64,000 nt of DNA. Source: Candidatus Eiseniibacteriota bacterium. Its GTDB lineage: Bacteria > Eisenbacteria > RBG-16-71-46 > SZUA-252. The position numbers were made by a program, and so were the translations under genes. Below are positions 60,132 through 64,000 of this stretch, one piece after another. The stretch spans positions 490 through 64,489 of the forward strand of contig DASTKG010000143.1 of NCBI GenBank assembly GCA_035716005.1. Direction: 5' to 3'. How positions within the stretch are numbered: position 1 is the stretch's first letter; the number at the start of each line of letters is the position of its first letter. Under the pieces are notes generated by a model. That model was not told the DNA's origin. It saw only the letters and a list, made by a program, of their open reading frames with translations, and did not search any database.

Positions 60132-62075
60132 ATGATCCGCCTGAGTCGAAATCTCTACGTCGAGACCCGCCTTATCGTTTCGCTCGCGGCGCTGCTGGCC
60201 GCGTTGGCGATCGCCGCCGGCGCCACCAGGGCGTCGGCCGCGCCCCCGGTCCTGACCGTTCCGCCGGCCCAGACCGTCTCCGAGCAGCAGCTCCTCGCCT
60301 TCGGCGTGAGCGCGTTCGATCCAGACGGCCAGACGACCACGCTCCAGGCTTTCTCCAAGCCCGTGGGAGCGACGTTCGTCGACAACCACGACAACACGGG
60401 CTCCTTCGCCTGGACGCCGGCGAGCGATCAGTCGGGGAGCTACACGGTCCAGTTTCGCGCCGACGACACGTTCGGCGGCATCGACAACGAGTACGTGTCG
60501 ATCACGGTCCTGAACGCGAACGCGCCGCCCTCCATGGGGGCCATCTCCGATCGTCTCGTCGATCCCGGGACGATGGCCATCCTCTCCCTCTGGGCGACCG
60601 ACGACGACGGCGACCCGCTCAGCTTCGGCGCGAGCGGTCTCCCCGCGTGGGGCGAGTTCACCGACTACGGCGACAACACGGCCAGCATCGTGCTCGCGCC
60701 CCCGATGGGAACTCCGCCCGGGACGTGGACGATCACGGTGACCGTCACCGACGGCAAGGATCCCGTCTCGCAATCGTTCCAGGTCACCGTGACCGGAACG
60801 GCGGTGACGCACGCGCCCGTGCTCGATCCGTTCGCCGAGCCGACCGTGGCGGAAGGGGCGAGCGCGTCGGTGGCGCTCTCCGCGACCGACGTCGACGGCG
60901 ACGCTCTCGTATGGACGAGCGGACTTCCGAGCTTCGCGTCGCTCACGACGCTCACGAGCGCGCCGGGCTCCACGACGGCCCGACTCGACCTGGCGCCCGG
61001 CTACTGCGCGGCGGGGAACTACGCCGCGACGGTGGGCGTGAACGACGGCGCTCTTCTCGACTCGCAGAGCTTCACGATCCACGTCACCGACACCCCGCGG
61101 ACTCCCGCGTGGAGCGCGCCGACCGAAGGCGCCTCCGTCTCGCTCGCGGTCGGCTCCGCTCTGTCGATCGATCTCGCCGCGGCCGATCCCGACCAGGCGT
61201 GCGGCGGGGCGGCTCCGCTTCTCTCGCTCGCGGCGTCGGACGCCGGCGGCGCGCTCTCCTTGTCGCTCCTCGCGACGGGTCCCGGCGCGGGATCGCTGAG
61301 CGTGCAGGCGAACGGGCCGGGAGGCGTCTATCACGTGACGCTTCGCGCGAGCGACGGCGCGGACCCGGGCCGCTACGCGGAGCGCGTCGTTACCGTGACG
61401 GCCGAAGACGTGGCCCGCGCCGCCGAGGCGGTCGCCTGGCTGCAGCCGAAGCAGATCCGGTCCGAAACAGGCTCCGACTGGCAGCGCGTCTACCTCGAGC
61501 CGCTCGCCGGCACGTTCTCCCTCGACGATCTCGATCCGGCCTCGTTCCGGCTCACCGCGTGGGCCGGCGCCGGGAACGGCGGCGAGCTGGCGCCGAAGCC
61601 GGACGGCGTGACGATGGGATTCGACTCGAACGAGAACGGCGTGCTGGAATGCCGCCTCACGTTCGACAAGAAGGAACTCTGCGGTCTCTTCGGGAATCTC
61701 ACCGCGCCGACCGACGGTTTGATGACCATGACGGCGCGGCTCCTCGACGGCGGGCTGGTCCGGGCCGCGGTCGCCGCGAAGTTCGTGCCGGAGAAGAAGC
61801 GCGCCATCAAGCGCTGCGGTCCGAACCCGCTCAACCCCGAGGCGACGGTCGCGATCGAGACCGAGCAGCCGGGACGGCTCCGGGTCATGGTCTTCGACGT
61901 GCAGGGGCGCATGGTGCGCCTCCTTCTCGACGAGGCGAACGCGCCGGCCGGAACTCGAGAGGTGACGTTCAACGGGAAGGACAACCGGGGACGCGCGCTC
62001 CGGGCCGGACGCTACTTCGTCCGCGTGGAATCGCCTTCGGGCCCCGACGCGACGACGCTGACGATTCTCCCGTAG
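60132..62075 (+). CDS. secreted multi-domain protein with tandem cadherin-like/putative-Ig repeats and a C-terminal FlgD-Ig-like (T9SS-type) domain
   Basis: GGGGG RBS, signal peptide, ~5 repeats with DPDGD/TATDVDGD-type motifs, and a C-terminus NPLNPEATVAIE...VFDVQGRMVRLL...GRYFVRVE. Confidence 0.7.
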   Translation: MIRLSRNLYVETRLIVSLAALLAALAIAAGATRASAAPPVLTVPPAQTVSEQQLLAFGVSAFDPDGQTTTLQAFSKPVGATFVDNHDNTGSFAWTPASDQSGSYTVQFRADDTFGGIDNEYVSITVLNANAPPSMGAISDRLVDPGTMAILSLWATDDDGDPLSFGASGLPAWGEFTDYGDNTASIVLAPPMGTPPGTWTITVTVTDGKDPVSQSFQVTVTGTAVTHAPVLDPFAEPTVAEGASASVALSATDVDGDALVWTSGLPSFASLTTLTSAPGSTTARLDLAPGYCAAGNYAATVGVNDGALLDSQSFTIHVTDTPRTPAWSAPTEGASVSLAVGSALSIDLAAADPDQACGGAAPLLSLAASDAGGALSLSLLATGPGAGSLSVQANGPGGVYHVTLRASDGADPGRYAERVVTVTAEDVARAAEAVAWLQPKQIRSETGSDWQRVYLEPLAGTFSLDDLDPASFRLTAWAGAGNGGELAPKPDGVTMGFDSNENGVLECRLTFDKKELCGLFGNLTAPTDGLMTMTARLLDGGLVRAAVAAKFVPEKKRAIKRCGPNPLNPEATVAIETEQPGRLRVMVFDVQGRMVRLLLDEANAPAGTREVTFNGKDNRGRALRAGRYFVRVESPSGPDATTLTILP

Positions 62076-62087
62076 GATTCGCGTCGC

Positions 62088-62107
62088 CCGCCCGGCGAAT
62101 CGGGCGG
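62088..62107. terminator. GC-rich hairpin between convergent genes (CCGCCCG-GCGAAT-CGGGCGG)
   Basis: A 7-bp perfect stem with a 6-nt loop lies 13 nt after the stop at 62075. There is no U-tract, so it is at best a weak or bidirectional terminator. Confidence 0.25.
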
Positions 62108-62136
62108 CGTTCGAGGAGAGAATACGCGGGCGGTGG

Positions 62137-62886
62137 CTAGACGCTGCCGCCCGCTTCGATTCCCGCGCTCGCGCCGAGGAGCGCGTGGAGCCACTCCCGC
62201 CAGATCGGCGCCAGCCACCACTTGAGTCCGATATCCACGAGGAGCAGGAGGAGCGAGAAGAGCGCCAGGCGCCCGACGAGGCGCGGCGCCTTCGCCCCGC
62301 GGTAGAAGCGCCTGGCCCCCCAGAGCGCCCCCGCCGTGCCCGCCAGAATGAACGAGAGCACCCGAGCCACCGACCAGGGCGGCCACGCGACGAGCGCGCT
62401 CGTGAGGGGCGGGATCGCCGGGTCGGAGTTCGCCACGACCCACCCGACGTAGCCGTTCATGTAGCCGAGGAGAAGCGAGCCGAGCAGGAGGGCGGCGACG
62501 CCGAGGCTCAGCGCGGAGAGGATCCAGACCAGGGCGTACTCCGCCAGGACGCGCGGCAGGAAGAGGGCGACGTTCCCTTCCTGGCCCCGGCCCGTGGCGA
62601 TCCAGCGCACCATGTCGTCGCGGAATGCGCCGGCGTGCCAGATCGTCTGAAACGCGGCCTGCTGGCTATGCGCCGTCGCGGCGACCGTGGCGATCGTGAG
62701 CGCGGCGGCCCACGCGATGGCGAGGAAGGCGGCGTCGCGCGCGCGGCCCTCGCGAACCGCCTTCGCGTAGACCCAGCCGAGGGGCGCCGTGGGGAGGAGG
62801 GCGAAGAGAACGGGAGAGCGAAGGGGAACGAGGGCCCAGGGTAGGAGCAGGGCCGGGATGACAGCCGTGAGGAGAGCGGATATCAT
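62137..62886 (-). CDS. hypothetical polytopic membrane protein
   Basis: Start taken at the internal Met (MISALLTAVIPALLLPW). There are ~6 hydrophobic helices. The upstream 1 kb of track ORF 62137..63924 lies antisense to pruA and is rejected. Confidence 0.4.
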   Translation of the reverse strand: MISALLTAVIPALLLPWALVPLRSPVLFALLPTAPLGWVYAKAVREGRARDAAFLAIAWAAALTIATVAATAHSQQAAFQTIWHAGAFRDDMVRWIATGRGQEGNVALFLPRVLAEYALVWILSALSLGVAALLLGSLLLGYMNGYVGWVVANSDPAIPPLTSALVAWPPWSVARVLSFILAGTAGALWGARRFYRGAKAPRLVGRLALFSLLLLLVDIGLKWWLAPIWREWLHALLGASAGIEAGGSV

Positions 62887-62937
62887 GGTCGGTCCGTATC
62901 CTAACGCGCCCGTTCCTGAACCCAAAGGAGAAGTCCC

Positions 62938-64000
62938 ATGCTTCCGGAGTACCGGAGCACCACCTATCTCGATTATTCGCGCCCCGAGCACGACGCCGGG
63001 ATGCGCGAGGCGCTGGCGCTCGTCCGCTCGCAGGCCGCCGCGTCGCACCCCCTGGTGATCGGCGGGAAGCGCGTCCAGACGCCCGCCACGTTCCAGAGCT
63101 TCAATCCCTCGAACCCCTCGGAGAGCCTCGGCACGTTCTCGAAGGGGGGCGCCGAGCACGTGAGCCAGGCCGTGGAGGCCGCCTCGAAGGCCTTCCCGGC
63201 GTGGGCGGCCGTTCCGGCGGAGGAGCGCGCGAACGTTCTCCTGCGCGCGGCCGGCATCCTGCGCCGCCGCCGCCACGAGATGAGCGCCACCATGGTCCTC
63301 GAGGTCGGGAAGAGCTGGGGCGAGGCCGACGGCGACACGGCCGAGGCGATCGACTTCTGCGAGTTCTACGCCCGGGAGATGATCCGCTACGGCGGCGCGC
63401 AGCCGATCACGCCCTATCCGGGCGAGAACAATTCGCTCGTCTACATCCCGCTCGGCGTCGGGGTCGTCATTCCGCCCTGGAACTTCCCCTGCGCCATCAC
63501 GCTCGGCATGACGGTCGCCACGATCGTGACGGGGAACACCTGCATCCTGAAGCCGTCGAGCGACGCGCCCCTCATCGCCTGGAAGCTCTTCGAGGTCCTC
63601 GAGGAAGCGGGCGTTCCGCCGGGCGTGCTCAACTTCCTCCCCGGCCCGGGCGGCACGGTGGGCGACGCCCTCGTGGAGCATCCCCAGGTGAGATTCATCG
63701 CCTTCACCGGCTCCATGCCCGTCGGCATCGGTATCAACGAACGGGCGGCGAAAGTCCAGAAGGGGCAGATCTGGCTGAAGCGGGCGATTCTCGAGATGGG
63801 CGGCAAGGACTTCACGATCGTCGACGAGGACGCCGACCTCGACGCCGCCGTGTCGGGGGTCTACGCCGGCGCCTTCGGATTCCAGGGACAGAAGTGCTCC
63901 GCCTGCTCGCGCGCCATCGTTCACAGGAAGGTCTACGATGAATTCCTGTCGCGGCTCGCGCCCAAGGTGCAGGCGATGACGGTCGGTCCGCCCGAGAAGA
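62938..64000 (+). CDS. pruA: L-glutamate gamma-semialdehyde (1-pyrroline-5-carboxylate) dehydrogenase, aldehyde dehydrogenase superfamily; 3'-partial
   Basis: Not in the ORF track because there is no stop before the window end. Direct translation from the ATG at 62938 (RBS AAAGGAGAAG) gives an uninterrupted ALDH sequence with EMGGKD and the catalytic-Cys box FGFQGQKCSACSR. Confidence 0.8.
   Translation, partial: MLPEYRSTTYLDYSRPEHDAGMREALALVRSQAAASHPLVIGGKRVQTPATFQSFNPSNPSESLGTFSKGGAEHVSQAVEAASKAFPAWAAVPAEERANVLLRAAGILRRRRHEMSATMVLEVGKSWGEADGDTAEAIDFCEFYAREMIRYGGAQPITPYPGENNSLVYIPLGVGVVIPPWNFPCAITLGMTVATIVTGNTCILKPSSDAPLIAWKLFEVLEEAGVPPGVLNFLPGPGGTVGDALVEHPQVRFIAFTGSMPVGIGINERAAKVQKGQIWLKRAILEMGGKDFTIVDEDADLDAAVSGVYAGAFGFQGQKCSACSRAIVHRKVYDEFLSRLAPKVQAMTVGPPEK

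Noticed and set aside
62887-63924. Upstream portion of minus-strand ORF 62137..63924
   Set aside because: It is antisense to the clearly coding pruA frame. Only the distal 62137..62886 hydrophobic segment is kept, as a tentative membrane protein.

Overview
This 64 kb window is about 70% GC, bacterial, and dense with genes. From 1 to 42,575 every gene is on the + strand, and most neighbours overlap by 1-14 nt at start/stop (ATGA, GTGA, TGATG), so they look translationally coupled. Reading left to right: (i) an LPS inner-core cluster with a split hldE (separate kinase and adenylyltransferase ORFs), two GT9 heptosyltransferases, one GT2 and two GT4 glycosyltransferases; (ii) rseP-bamA followed directly by a 1,332-aa TamB-like gene; (iii) a housekeeping string pcrA-gatC-gatA-gatB-purD-purE-tsaC, then an LMW protein tyrosine phosphatase, ilvE and glyA; (iv) a complete Bat-type operon (moxR, DUF58, hypothetical, batA-batB-batC-batD-batE). 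The batE stop overlaps the start of a further eight-gene module (SDR oxidoreductase, deoxyhypusine-synthase homologue, pentaheme c-type cytochrome, DegT-type sugar aminotransferase, AsmA-family protein, ABC ATPase, two ABC-2 permeases). This downstream module is my main candidate for an undescribed system. Downstream there is a TPR protein (- strand), an orphan ptsN coupled to a zinc-ribbon protein, two small secreted proteins, a DUF45/YgjP-like HExxH protein overlapping a GAF-GAF-PP2C phosphatase, a lower-GC intergenic island and tRNA-Leu(CAA). After the tRNA the orientation becomes mixed. A minus-strand cluster encodes amidohydrolase, porin, signal-peptide glutaminase, porin, and a porin with an N-terminal coiled coil (DcaP-like). 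Further on are an elaB/yqjD-yqjE-yqjK-like triad, lepB, a large secreted multi-Ig protein with a FlgD-Ig-like C-terminus, a membrane protein, and a 3'-truncated pruA/rocA that I found by direct translation because it is absent from the ORF track. Many of the long minus-strand ORFs in the track are high-GC antisense artefacts. I found no CRISPR arrays, rRNA genes, or recognisable mobile elements.
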